64,000 nt of DNA from Alphaproteobacteria bacterium (GTDB taxonomy: Bacteria; Pseudomonadota; Alphaproteobacteria; SP197), in assembly GCA_009694045.1 (NCBI GenBank), contig SHVY01000007.1:1786-65785 (forward strand), read 5' to 3'. Both the position numbers and the translations under genes were made by a program. Shown piece by piece: positions 33,020-42,218 of the stretch; the first letter of the stretch is position 1; the number at the start of each line of letters is the position of its first letter. The notes under the pieces were generated by a model. It was not told the DNA's origin, searched no databases, and saw only the letters and a program-made list of their open reading frames with translations.

Positions 33020-34765
33020 ATGGACGCTCCCAACAACCTGCCGAAGGCCGATACCAAGGCCTGGCTGCGGCCGCTGGTCAGGCCGCTCAGGCCCGCTTTC
33101 CGCGAGGTGGCGGCGCAATCGCTGTTCATCAACGTCCTGGCCCTGGGCTTGCCCGTGTTTGTCCTGCAGGTCTACGACCGGGTGGTCTACTACAAGGGTT
33201 TCAGCACCCTTTACGGCCTGGTCGCCGGGATCTCGATCGTCATCGTGTTCGACTTCATCCTGCGCCAGGCTCGTAGCCGCATCCTGCAGCGGGCGGCGAT
33301 GCTGATCGACATCCGCCTGGGCGAACGGCTGTACGACAAGCTGGCGTCGCTGCCGCTCAATGTCCTCGAAAGCCGGCCGACGAGCTACTGGCTCACCCTG
33401 TTCCGGGATTCGGAACTGGTGCGCAACGTCTTCTCCGGGCCCACCGCCGTGCTGGCGACCGAGCTGCCGTTCGTCGGGCTGTTCATCCTGCTGATCTTCG
33501 TGATCGCGGCGCCGATCGCCTGGCTGTTGGTGATCGCCGTGCCGTTCTTCCTGGCGCTCGCCTGGGGATCGGGCAAGGTGATGGAGAAGGCGACCGAGAA
33601 GGAGCGCGAGTCGGGGCAAAGCCGCGAGGCCCTGGTCGCCGAGATTCTGGCGGGCCGCACCACGGTCAAGGCTCTGGCGGTCGCCCCGAGCTTCCGCCCC
33701 AAGTGGGAGGATCGCCACGCTTCCGCCATCCGCCAATCGCTGGAACGCGGCCGCAAGGGCGATAGCTTCACCAACGTCGGCGTGTCGTTCGCCCTCATCG
33801 TCAGCGTCGTGATGACGACCTTCGGGGCGGTCGAGATCGTCAATCAGGAGCTGACCATCGGCGCCCTGATCGCCGCCAACATGCTGAGCAACCGGATCAT
33901 CCAGCCCCTGAACCAGTTGGTGAACACCTGGCGCCAGTTCGCCCAGTACCGGCAGGCGGCGCAGCGCCTGGCCGGGGTGTTCCAGCTTCCCAGCGAGCGG
34001 ACGGAAATCGTCGTCGATCTCACCCGCCCCAGGGGCGAGATCGCCCTGGAGAACGTGACCTTCGCCTACAAGTCGGGCGGACGGCCGGTGGTCGATGGCC
34101 TGCGCATGACCATCAAGCCCGGCGGGATGGTCGGCCTGATCGGCCCCAACGGCTGCGGCAAGACCACGCTGATCAAGCTGATCGAGGGGCTCTACCCGCT
34201 CAATGCCGGCCGGATCCTGCTGGATGGCGCCGATATCAACCAGTTCACCCGCGGTCAGCTGGCCCGCTGGATCGGCTACGTGCCGCAGGAGAATACGCTG
34301 TTCAGCGGCACGATCCGGGACAACATCGCCGTCGGCGACCTCAACAGCCCCGACGAGAAGGTGGTCGCGGCCGCCCGGCTCGCCGGCGTTCACGCCTTCG
34401 TGGTCGATCTGCCCGACGGCTATGCCACCGACATCGGCGAAGCGGGCTCGCGCATCTCCGGCGGCGAACGGCAACGCATCGCCGTGGCCCGCGCCCTGCT
34501 GCACGATCCGCCGGTGCTGCTGCTGGACGAGGTGGCCAGCAATCTGGACCGCCAGGCCGAGTTGGCACTGCGCGATTCGCTCGTCAAGCTGGCGGCGAAC
34601 CGGACCATTCTCGTGGCCTGCCACACGCCGGCGCTGCTGGCGGCCTGCACCCACATCGTCGTCATGGACAAGGGCAAGATCGCGTTGGCCGGACCCACCC
34701 GGGAGATCATGCCGAAGCTGTTCGGACAGACCCGGCCCGAGGCCCTGCAGGAGGCGAAGGCATGA
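33020..34765 (+). CDS. Type I secretion ABC transporter (permease + ATPase)
   Basis: P.FVLQVYDRV, GPNGCGKTT, SGGERQRIAVARA, LLLDE. Confidence 0.92.
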   Translation: MDAPNNLPKADTKAWLRPLVRPLRPAFREVAAQSLFINVLALGLPVFVLQVYDRVVYYKGFSTLYGLVAGISIVIVFDFILRQARSRILQRAAMLIDIRLGERLYDKLASLPLNVLESRPTSYWLTLFRDSELVRNVFSGPTAVLATELPFVGLFILLIFVIAAPIAWLLVIAVPFFLALAWGSGKVMEKATEKERESGQSREALVAEILAGRTTVKALAVAPSFRPKWEDRHASAIRQSLERGRKGDSFTNVGVSFALIVSVVMTTFGAVEIVNQELTIGALIAANMLSNRIIQPLNQLVNTWRQFAQYRQAAQRLAGVFQLPSERTEIVVDLTRPRGEIALENVTFAYKSGGRPVVDGLRMTIKPGGMVGLIGPNGCGKTTLIKLIEGLYPLNAGRILLDGADINQFTRGQLARWIGYVPQENTLFSGTIRDNIAVGDLNSPDEKVVAAARLAGVHAFVVDLPDGYATDIGEAGSRISGGERQRIAVARALLHDPPVLLLDEVASNLDRQAELALRDSLVKLAANRTILVACHTPALLAACTHIVVMDKGKIALAGPTREIMPKLFGQTRPEALQEAKA

Positions 34766-36051
34766 GCGCCCTCACCGACGTCGTCCAGTCAAACCCGCCA
34801 GCGGGCATCCGCATCGTCGCCCGCGCGATCATGCTGTTTCTCGTGGCCTTCGTCGCCTGGGCGCTGTTCGCCCAGTTCGAGGAGGTCTCGATCGCCGTCG
34901 GCGAGGTGGTGCCGCAAGGACAGGTCAAGGTCGTCCAGCACCTGGAGGGCGGCATCATCGAGAGCATCTTCGTGCAGGAAGGCGACACGGTGAAGGCCGG
35001 GGACCCGTTGCTCCAGCTCGACCTGTCCGCCTCCTCGTCGCGGGAGCAGGAGCTGACGGTGACCCTGGACGGCTTCATCCTGCGCCGCGCGCGGCTCGAC
35101 GCCGAAGCAAGCGGGTCCGACCTGGTGTTCCCGGCCGACGTGGCGTCGCGCCGGCCCGACACGGTCAGGAGCGAGCAGCTTGCCTTCGAGACCCGGCGCC
35201 TCGAGCTGGAAAGCACCCTGAGCGGGCTCGGCGACCAGATCCAGCAGCGCGAACTCGACATCAAGCAGCTCGAGACGGAGCGGGGAAGCAAGGCGAACGA
35301 CCTGGGCCTGGCCCGCGAGGAGTTAGCGATCTCCGCATCGCTGCTCGTGGACGAACTCACCTCGAAGGTCGACCATCTGTCAATCCAGCGGGAGGTGGAA
35401 CAGCTCGAAGGTGAAATCGCCTCGATCGGATCCGCCATCGCCCGGGCGAAGTCCACCCTGTCGGAGGCCAAGGAGAAACTGCGCGAGGCCGGGCTCAATT
35501 TCCGCCGCACGGCGCTGGACGAGCTGGGCAAGGTGCAGCTCGCCATCGACCAGACCCGCCAGGAACTGGGCAAGGCGACCGCGCAGTCCCGCCGCACCGA
35601 GATCAACAGCCCAATCGACGGGGTGGTGAAGGGCGTGCGCTATCACACCATCGGCGCGGTGGTGAGCCCCGGCGAGCCGGTGATGGAAATCGTCCCTTCG
35701 AACGAGAACCTGGTGATCGAGGCGAAGCTCAGGCCCAACGACATCGGCTACGTCAGCCCGGGCCAGGCCGCGGTCGTCAAAATCTCGACCTACGACTTCG
35801 CCCGCTACGGCGGGCTGGAAGCGACGATCATCCTGGTGTCCGCCGATTCGACGACCACCGATGATGGCGCCACGTTCTTCCGGGTTGTCGCCCAGACCGA
35901 CAAGAACTACCTCGGCGCGTCACCCGGCGACCTGCCGATCACTGCAGGCATGGAGGCGACGGTGGATATCCACACCGGCAAACGCTCGGTGATGCACTAC
36001 CTCCTGAAGCCAGTCCTGAAGCTCCGATCCGAGGCCTTCCGCGAACGGTAG
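34762..36051 (+). CDS. HlyD family type I secretion periplasmic adaptor
   Basis: VVQHLEGGII, SPIDGVV, YDFARYGGL, GK RSV..YLLKP..AFRER. Confidence 0.94.
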   Translation: MSALTDVVQSNPPAGIRIVARAIMLFLVAFVAWALFAQFEEVSIAVGEVVPQGQVKVVQHLEGGIIESIFVQEGDTVKAGDPLLQLDLSASSSREQELTVTLDGFILRRARLDAEASGSDLVFPADVASRRPDTVRSEQLAFETRRLELESTLSGLGDQIQQRELDIKQLETERGSKANDLGLAREELAISASLLVDELTSKVDHLSIQREVEQLEGEIASIGSAIARAKSTLSEAKEKLREAGLNFRRTALDELGKVQLAIDQTRQELGKATAQSRRTEINSPIDGVVKGVRYHTIGAVVSPGEPVMEIVPSNENLVIEAKLRPNDIGYVSPGQAAVVKISTYDFARYGGLEATIILVSADSTTTDDGATFFRVVAQTDKNYLGASPGDLPITAGMEATVDIHTGKRSVMHYLLKPVLKLRSEAFRER

Positions 36052-36057
36052 GGCGAC

Positions 36058-37233
36058 TCAGCCCTGGCTGTCGATCAGGCGGCGGGCGATTTCGGGCATC
36101 CAGCCGGCATCCAGATTGGCGAATGCGAAGCGCAGGTAGGCCTCTTGGCCGGGGCCGAAGAAGCTGCCGGGCAGACACAGTATGTTGTGGTCGGTGGCAA
36201 GCCGGCGGGCCACGCCGACCGAGGATTCACCCGTGAACGGATGGCGCACGTAGGCGAAGTAGGCGCCGCACGAGAGCAATCGATAGTTCAGGCCCGCGGT
36301 GGTGAAGGCGGAGCGCAGGGCGCTCGCGCGCTCGGCCATCATGCGGCTGTTGCCCTTGCGCCAGGCGTCGAGATGGCCGAGGCCGTAGAGGGCCGCGTCC
36401 TGGCCGATCCGGGGCGCCGAAATCTGCACGCAATCGGCGACCTTGGCGATGGCGTCGCGCAAGCCGGGGCCGCAGACCGCCGCGCCACAGCGGTAGCCGG
36501 TCAGCGAATAGACCTTGGAGAAGCTGTAGAGGTGGACGAACCCCTCGGCCCAGTCGCGATCGAGGAAAACGTCGTGGGGCCGCGCCCCCTCCGCCAGAAA
36601 GTCGCGGTAGGTCTCGTCGACCAGCAGGGCGATGCCCCGGGCCCGCGCGAGCTGGTAGAACGCACGGATGGTGGCGGGAGGATAGACGGCGCCGGTCGGG
36701 TTGTTGGGGGTGACCAGCACGATCGCCCGAGTGAGCGGCGTGATGAGTTCCGCCGCTCGCCGCGGATCCGGAACGCCACCGGCGTCGACGTCGCAGGGCA
36801 GCGGCACCGCCGCGATACCGAGCGCCTGCAACGTCATCTGGTGGTTGAAATAGAACGGCAGCGGCAGAATCACCTCGTCGCCGGTCCGGGCCAGCGCCAC
36901 GATCGCGTTCCAGAATGCCTGGTTGCAACCGGCGGTGATCACCACGTTTTCGGCCGCGACCTGCCCGCCGTACAGCGCGTTGATGTCGGCGGCGAGGCCC
37001 GCGCGCAAGGGTGCGATCCCGGCGATGTCGGTGTAGCGCGCCGTTTCCGGCAGCATCGCCCGTTCCGCCACGTGACGCTCGAGTTCGTCCGGCGGCGGGT
37101 AACCGGGGACCGCCTGGCAGACGTCGATCAGCGGCCGGTTGGTCGGAAAGTCGCGGCCCTGGACCCAGCTCCACGCCTCGGCGATCGGCGGCGTGAGGGT
37201 GGCCAGGACCAGGGGATTGATGGCGAAGGACAT
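36058..37233 (-). CDS. Class I/II PLP-dependent aminotransferase
   Basis: VTPNNPTG, DETY, SFSKVYSLTGYR.G. Confidence 0.92.
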   Translation of the reverse strand: MSFAINPLVLATLTPPIAEAWSWVQGRDFPTNRPLIDVCQAVPGYPPPDELERHVAERAMLPETARYTDIAGIAPLRAGLAADINALYGGQVAAENVVITAGCNQAFWNAIVALARTGDEVILPLPFYFNHQMTLQALGIAAVPLPCDVDAGGVPDPRRAAELITPLTRAIVLVTPNNPTGAVYPPATIRAFYQLARARGIALLVDETYRDFLAEGARPHDVFLDRDWAEGFVHLYSFSKVYSLTGYRCGAAVCGPGLRDAIAKVADCVQISAPRIGQDAALYGLGHLDAWRKGNSRMMAERASALRSAFTTAGLNYRLLSCGAYFAYVRHPFTGESSVGVARRLATDHNILCLPGSFFGPGQEAYLRFAFANLDAGWMPEIARRLIDSQG

Positions 37234-37357
37234 GGCGGAACCCGGGCAAAGCGACCGCGGATCATCCCCTTTGGGCCCGGCGACCGTCAAGGCGCGAAGC
37301 CGTTGACCGGTAGCGGGCCATGCCTAGACTGCGGCAACCTTGCAGGGGAGCCCCGCC

Positions 37358-38092
37358 ATGTCATTCGCCGACGCGATCCGCGAGGCGCGCATCGATCTTG
37401 CCGCCGCCTATCGGTTGGCCGTGGTGCACGGCTTGAACGAGGGCGTGTGCAACCACTTCACCCTGGCCCTGCCCGGCCACGACGACCGGTTCCTGATCAT
37501 CCCGTACGGGCTGCACTGGTCGGAGGTGACGGCCGGCACCCTGCTCGTGGTCGATCTCGCCGGCCAGCGGGTCGAAGGCGAGGGCACGATCGAGGACACC
37601 GCGTTCTACATCCACGGCCGCATCCATCGCGGCCGCGCCAACGCCCGCTGCGTCCTCCACACTCACATGCCGTACGCCACGGCCATCACCTCGGTCGAGG
37701 GCGGTCGGCTGGTGATGTCGACCCAGAACGCCTTTCCGTTTCACGGGCGCGTGGCCTACGACGATCACTACAACGGAATCGCCCTCGACGACGCCGAAGG
37801 CGATCGCGTGGTGGCGACGCTCGGCGACAAGGACGTGCTGTTCATGGCGAACCACGGCATCACCGTGGTCGGACCGACGGTCGCCGACGCCTACGACACG
37901 CTCTACTACCTGGAGCGCGCCTGCCAGAACCAGGTGCTGGCCAGTACGCTCGGCCGGCCCCTCAAGATCCTGCCCGATCCCTTCGTGGCAGGGGTGGGTG
38001 CCAGGATGCGTGTCTCCGGCCACAACCGGCAGACCCACTTCGACGCCCTGAAACGCCTGCTCGACCGCACCCAGCCGGATTACCGGGAATGA
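37358..38092 (+). CDS. Class II aldolase/adducin family protein
   Basis: EGVCNHF, HGRIH, HTHMPYA, NHG, YYLERAC. Confidence 0.92.
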   Translation: MSFADAIREARIDLAAAYRLAVVHGLNEGVCNHFTLALPGHDDRFLIIPYGLHWSEVTAGTLLVVDLAGQRVEGEGTIEDTAFYIHGRIHRGRANARCVLHTHMPYATAITSVEGGRLVMSTQNAFPFHGRVAYDDHYNGIALDDAEGDRVVATLGDKDVLFMANHGITVVGPTVADAYDTLYYLERACQNQVLASTLGRPLKILPDPFVAGVGARMRVSGHNRQTHFDALKRLLDRTQPDYRE

Positions 38093-38111
38093 TGAATCGC
38101 GGGTGAATCCA

Positions 38112-38140
38112 TTGACGGTCGTCGGCCCCGGACCTAAATT
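38112..38140 (+). promoter_or_regulatory. Sigma70 promoter
   Basis: TTGACG (38112-38117), 17-bp spacer, TAAATT (38135-38140). Confidence 0.7.
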
Positions 38141-38177
38141 AAGTCCATCCGTTACGCCCGTAGGCGGGCATGTATCC

Positions 38178-38217
38178 AGGGCCCTCGAAGTGTAAGCTTC
38201 GAGGGCCCTTTACTTTT
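38178..38217 (+). terminator. Intrinsic terminator in the leader of the NYN gene
   Basis: 13-bp perfect stem AGGGCCCTCGAAG-TGTAAG-CTTCGAGGGCCCT followed by TTACTTTT. Confidence 0.75.
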
Positions 38218-38227
38218 GGTGCCTACG

Positions 38228-38730
38228 ATGAAGAAGGTCGCCCTTCTAATCGATGGCGGCTACCTGCGTAGCCTCGCTCGCGGCGCCCGTTACCCGTTTG
38301 TGCCCGACTCCATCGAAGCGATCGCGCGCGCTTGTGTGGCGGATGGCGAAGAGCTGTTTCGGGTTCTCTACTACGACTGTGCTCCGTTTACCGGAACGAC
38401 GCGGCTGCCCGTATCGGGGACATCGCACCAGTTCCACGGGAACGACGCATGGCTGAACGATCTTGCGGCGCGGGAACTCTTTGCCGTTCGACGCGGGGTC
38501 TTGAAGTTCCGAGGGTGGAAGCCGAAGTCGATCCCGATTGCGGCAGCACACCTGGAAGACAAGGACTTCATCCCTGACTTCGAATAGAAGGGCGTCGATA
38601 TGCGCATCGGTCTGGACATAGGCAGTTTAGCCCATGATCGCGTCGTCGAGCGCGCGATCCTCGTGACGGCGGATACGGACATGATTCCGGCCATGAAGCT
38701 GGGTCGTCGGATCGCTTGGCCGACCCTTTA
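38228..38730 (+). pseudogene. NYN (LabA/DUF88, PIN-like) RNase with an in-frame TAG and a shortened C-terminus
   Basis: LIDGG.L, YYDC.PF, then FE*KGVDMRIGLDI...LVTADTDMIPAMK. TAG at 38585-38587 sits in the conserved QKGVD motif. Confidence 0.85.
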
Positions 38731-38732
38731 GA

Positions 38733-39353
38733 TCAGTAGTTCACCGGCAGGGGGTCGAGGCTGCGCCACAGGTACCAGGTGGCGACCGAGCGCCAGGGGC
38801 GCCAGGGTTCGGCGATCGCGGCAAGCGCATCCTTGGTGAGGGCTCCGTCGTGCCCGTAGGCGAGGCCGGCGGCGCGGCGCAGGCCGACGTCGTCCAGCGG
38901 CAAGACATCGGGGCGCAGCAGGTTGAAGATCAGGAACATCTCGGCGGTCCAGCGGCCGATGCCCCTGACCAGGGTCAACTCGGTGATCGCATCGTCGTCG
39001 TCCAGACGGCGCCAACCGGTAGGATCGATCTCGCCCGCCTGACAGCGCCGGCCGAGGTCGGTGAGGTAGAGGGCCTTCTGCCGCGACATGCCGGCGGCGC
39101 GTAGATCATCGCCCCTGGCCACGGCAAGGGTCTCGGGCGCGACCGTGCCAAGGGTGGCTTCGAGCCGCCGCCACAGGGTTTCGGCGGCCTTGACCGAGAT
39201 CTGCTGTCCGACGATCGAACGGGCAAGCGTGGTGAACGGGTCCTCGCGGCTTGTCAGACGCTCGCCCGGGTAGGTCTGGATGATACGGCGCAGCACCCGA
39301 TCGCGATGGGATAACTCCCTGATTGCGCGCAGCTAATAGCGTGGCGTGGCCAT
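38733..39353 (-). pseudogene. AlkA/HhH-GPD DNA-3-methyladenine glycosylase with an in-frame TAG at codon 7 (or restart at GTG 39296)
   Basis: SIVGQQISVKAA, GIGRWTAEMFLIF, PWRSVATWYLW. Upstream in frame: MATPRY*LRAIRELSHRDRVL, with TAG where Trp is typical. Confidence 0.75.
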
Positions 39354-39460
39354 GAGCCATTGTCGCGCGAAGGCGCTGGAAGTCCACCATGTTGCAATGC
39401 GGTGGTGCGCTGCAACATTCCCCTGGACAGTCCATTGACCTGCCCATGAGAATGGTCGCC

Positions 39461-40930
39461 ATGGGACGTTGCTTGCTCACGCTGCTCGGTTTCCTGGTCG
39501 CTGCCACGGTCGCGCATGGGGCCGGCGCCTACGATCCCCATCGCCTGGTGATCGGTCTGGCGCTGGAGCCTCCGCATCTGGACCCGACGGCCGGAGCCGC
39601 CGCCGCGATCGACGAGGTGGTCTACGCCAACGTCTTCGAAGGCCTGGTACGCATCGACGAGAACGGCGCGGTGCTGCCATCGCTGGCGCGTTCCTGGGAC
39701 ATCGCCGACGACGGCCTGACGTATACCTTCCATCTGCGCGACGGCGTGACGTTCCACGACGGAACGACGTTCGATTCGGCCGACGCGAAGTTCAGCCTGG
39801 ATCGCGCGCGCGCACCGGACAGCACCAATGCCCAAAAGAACTTCTTCGCCGCGATCGCCGACGTGACCGCGCCGAATGCCCTGACGGTCCGTTTGGCGTT
39901 GCGCCGGCCCGACGGATTGCTGCTGTTCAACCTGGGGTCGGGTGACGCGGTGATGGTCGCGCCGGAGACCGCCGCGACGAACCTGTCGAATCCGGTCGGG
40001 ACCGGTCCGTTCCGCTTCGAGCGCTGGACGACCGGCGAGAGCGTCGCGATCACCCGGGTCCACCCGGGTGACGGCATCAACCAGGTGGTGTTCAAGATCA
40101 TCCCCGACCCGGCCGCCCAGGTCGCGTCGCTGCTGGCCGAGGACGTCGACGCCTTCCCGAATTTCAGCGCGCCGGAGAGCCTGGCGGCGTTCGCGGGCGA
40201 CGCCCGTTTTACCATCGTGCCCGGGACGACGGAGGGCGAGACGATCCTGGCCATCAACAACGCGCGGCCGCCGCTCGACGACGTGCGCGTGCGACGTGCC
40301 ATCGCCCATGCGATCGATCGCCAAGCTATCCTCGACGGCGCGATGTCGGGGATCGGAACGCCGATCGGCAGCCACTTCGCGCCGCATCACGCGGCCTATG
40401 TTGACCTGACCGGCCTCTACCCCCACGATCCGGCCAGGGCCAAGGCATTGCTGGCCGAGGCAGGGCTGGGAGACGGGTTCGCCGTCACCCTGAAGCTGCC
40501 GCCGCCGGCCTATGCCCGGCGCGGGGGCGAGATCGTGGCTGCGCAGTTGGCCGCGGTGGGGATCTCGGCGACGATCGAGCCGGTGGAGTGGGCGCAGTGG
40601 CTGGAGATGGTCTTCACCAACCGGGACTACGACCTGACGATCGTGTCGCATACCGAGCCCCTGGACATCGGCATCTATGCCCGCGACGACTACTACTTCG
40701 GCTACCACGACGAGCGCTTCAAGGCGATCATGGCGACCATCGATACCACGATCGATCCGGCACGCCGCACCGCGCTGTACGGCGAAGCCCAGCGCAAGAT
40801 CGCCGAGGATGCGGTCAATGCCTTTCTCTTTCAGCTCCCGAAGATCGGCGTTTGGCGGGCGGAGCTGTCGGGTCTATGGACCAACAGTCCGATCCAGGCC
40901 AATGACATCGCCGCGGCGGTTTGGCGCTGA
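39461..40930 (+). CDS. ABC transporter substrate-binding protein (family 5, peptide/nickel-like)
   Basis: EPPHLDPT, LRDGVTFHDG, PVGTGPF, VRRAIAHAIDR. Confidence 0.93.
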   Translation: MGRCLLTLLGFLVAATVAHGAGAYDPHRLVIGLALEPPHLDPTAGAAAAIDEVVYANVFEGLVRIDENGAVLPSLARSWDIADDGLTYTFHLRDGVTFHDGTTFDSADAKFSLDRARAPDSTNAQKNFFAAIADVTAPNALTVRLALRRPDGLLLFNLGSGDAVMVAPETAATNLSNPVGTGPFRFERWTTGESVAITRVHPGDGINQVVFKIIPDPAAQVASLLAEDVDAFPNFSAPESLAAFAGDARFTIVPGTTEGETILAINNARPPLDDVRVRRAIAHAIDRQAILDGAMSGIGTPIGSHFAPHHAAYVDLTGLYPHDPARAKALLAEAGLGDGFAVTLKLPPPAYARRGGEIVAAQLAAVGISATIEPVEWAQWLEMVFTNRDYDLTIVSHTEPLDIGIYARDDYYFGYHDERFKAIMATIDTTIDPARRTALYGEAQRKIAEDAVNAFLFQLPKIGVWRAELSGLWTNSPIQANDIAAAVWR

Positions 40931-42218
40931 TTGCCTGAGGGCGGCGATCTTCCTGGTCGTCGTAGTCGCGGCGTCTCCGGCCGCCGCCGACTACGCGGAG
41001 GGGTGGATCAAGGCGCGGGCCGGGGAGTATGCGGAGGCCCTGGACGCCTGGCGCGACGAGGCCGACGCGGGCGCCGTCGACCTGCAGTTCAACATCGGGG
41101 TGATCTACGAGTCCGGACTGCTCGGGGCACCCGACTACGATCGGGCCCTGGCGTGGTACCGGCGGGCCGCCGACCACAGACTCGGCGCGGCCGAGGTGCG
41201 GCTTGCCCGGCTCTATCGCCTGGGGCTTGGCGTCGCGGCGGATCCGGAGCGCGCGCTGAAGTTGTTGAAGGACGCGGTGCAGCGCGGCGATCCCGAGGCG
41301 GAGTATCGGATGGGCGCCGCGCTCGAGGCTGGCCGTGACATGACCCAGGATACCGCGAAGGCGGCCGAGCTCTACGCCCGCGCGGCGGCGCAGGGTTTTG
41401 GTCCGGCGCAGTTCGCGCTTGGCCGCATGTTCGCGAACGGGCGCGGCATAACGAAGGACGTAGCCGCTGCCCTGGACTGGTACCAGGCGGCGGCGGACCA
41501 GGGCGTGGCCGAGGCCGCGAACAATCTCGGCTATCACTTCGAGCGCGGGATCGGTGTCGCCGTGAACGCGGCCGCGGCCGTCGCCTGGTACCGCCGGGCA
41601 GCGGAGGCGGGGCTGGCTCTGGCCCAGGTCAACCTCGGCATCTGTCTGCGCTATGGTCTGGGCGTGGGCCGGGACGACCAAGCCGCCGTGGCCTGGTTCC
41701 GCAGTGCTGCGCTGCAAGGCGACCCCACGGGCCAAGTGAACCTGGGTCTCGCCCATGCCAACGGCATCGGCGTCGACAAGGATCCGGTCGAGGCCCACGC
41801 CTGGCTGGAGATCGCGAGCACCGCCGGGGAAGAAGCGGCCGAGGCGCAACGCTATCTCGCCACCCTCGCCGCCACCATGTCGCCGGCCGACGCGACCCTG
41901 GCCCGCGTTCGCGCCGACGACCTGCGACGCGGCTTGACCGCGACCGGTCGCCCCATGTCCGCCGACCTGACCTTGCGTCGCGTCGACCAGCTGGGCCAGC
42001 CGGGCCTCGTCGTGCAGCGCCACCTCAAGACTCTCGGGCTGTACGATGGGCCGGTCGACGGCGTGGTGGGGTCTGGTACGGCGTCGGCGATCAAGGACCT
42101 TCAGCGTGCCATGAGCCTGCCGCCGGACGGCACCGTCACGCCCGAGCTCGTCACCCTGCTTGCCCGCGCCTCCCGACCCTGGGACCCCGCATGGCCACGA
42201 TCGCGATCACCTATCTGA
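40902..42218 (+). CDS. Sel1-like repeat protein with C-terminal peptidoglycan-binding domain
   Basis: Signal peptide; repeated A..LG..Y..G.GV..D...A..WY..AA..G; VQ..L..LG.YDGPVDGVVG.GT..AI..LQ...LP.DG. Confidence 0.88.
   Translation: MTSPRRFGADCLRAAIFLVVVVAASPAAADYAEGWIKARAGEYAEALDAWRDEADAGAVDLQFNIGVIYESGLLGAPDYDRALAWYRRAADHRLGAAEVRLARLYRLGLGVAADPERALKLLKDAVQRGDPEAEYRMGAALEAGRDMTQDTAKAAELYARAAAQGFGPAQFALGRMFANGRGITKDVAAALDWYQAAADQGVAEAANNLGYHFERGIGVAVNAAAAVAWYRRAAEAGLALAQVNLGICLRYGLGVGRDDQAAVAWFRSAALQGDPTGQVNLGLAHANGIGVDKDPVEAHAWLEIASTAGEEAAEAQRYLATLAATMSPADATLARVRADDLRRGLTATGRPMSADLTLRRVDQLGQPGLVVQRHLKTLGLYDGPVDGVVGSGTASAIKDLQRAMSLPPDGTVTPELVTLLARASRPWDPAWPRSRSPI

Noticed and set aside
38585..39335. 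Amber (TAG) recoding suggested by two in-frame TAGs in adjacent genes
   Set aside because: The two sites would need different residues (Gln and Trp), and TAG is the normal stop of secA, cobS, hlyD and others in this window.
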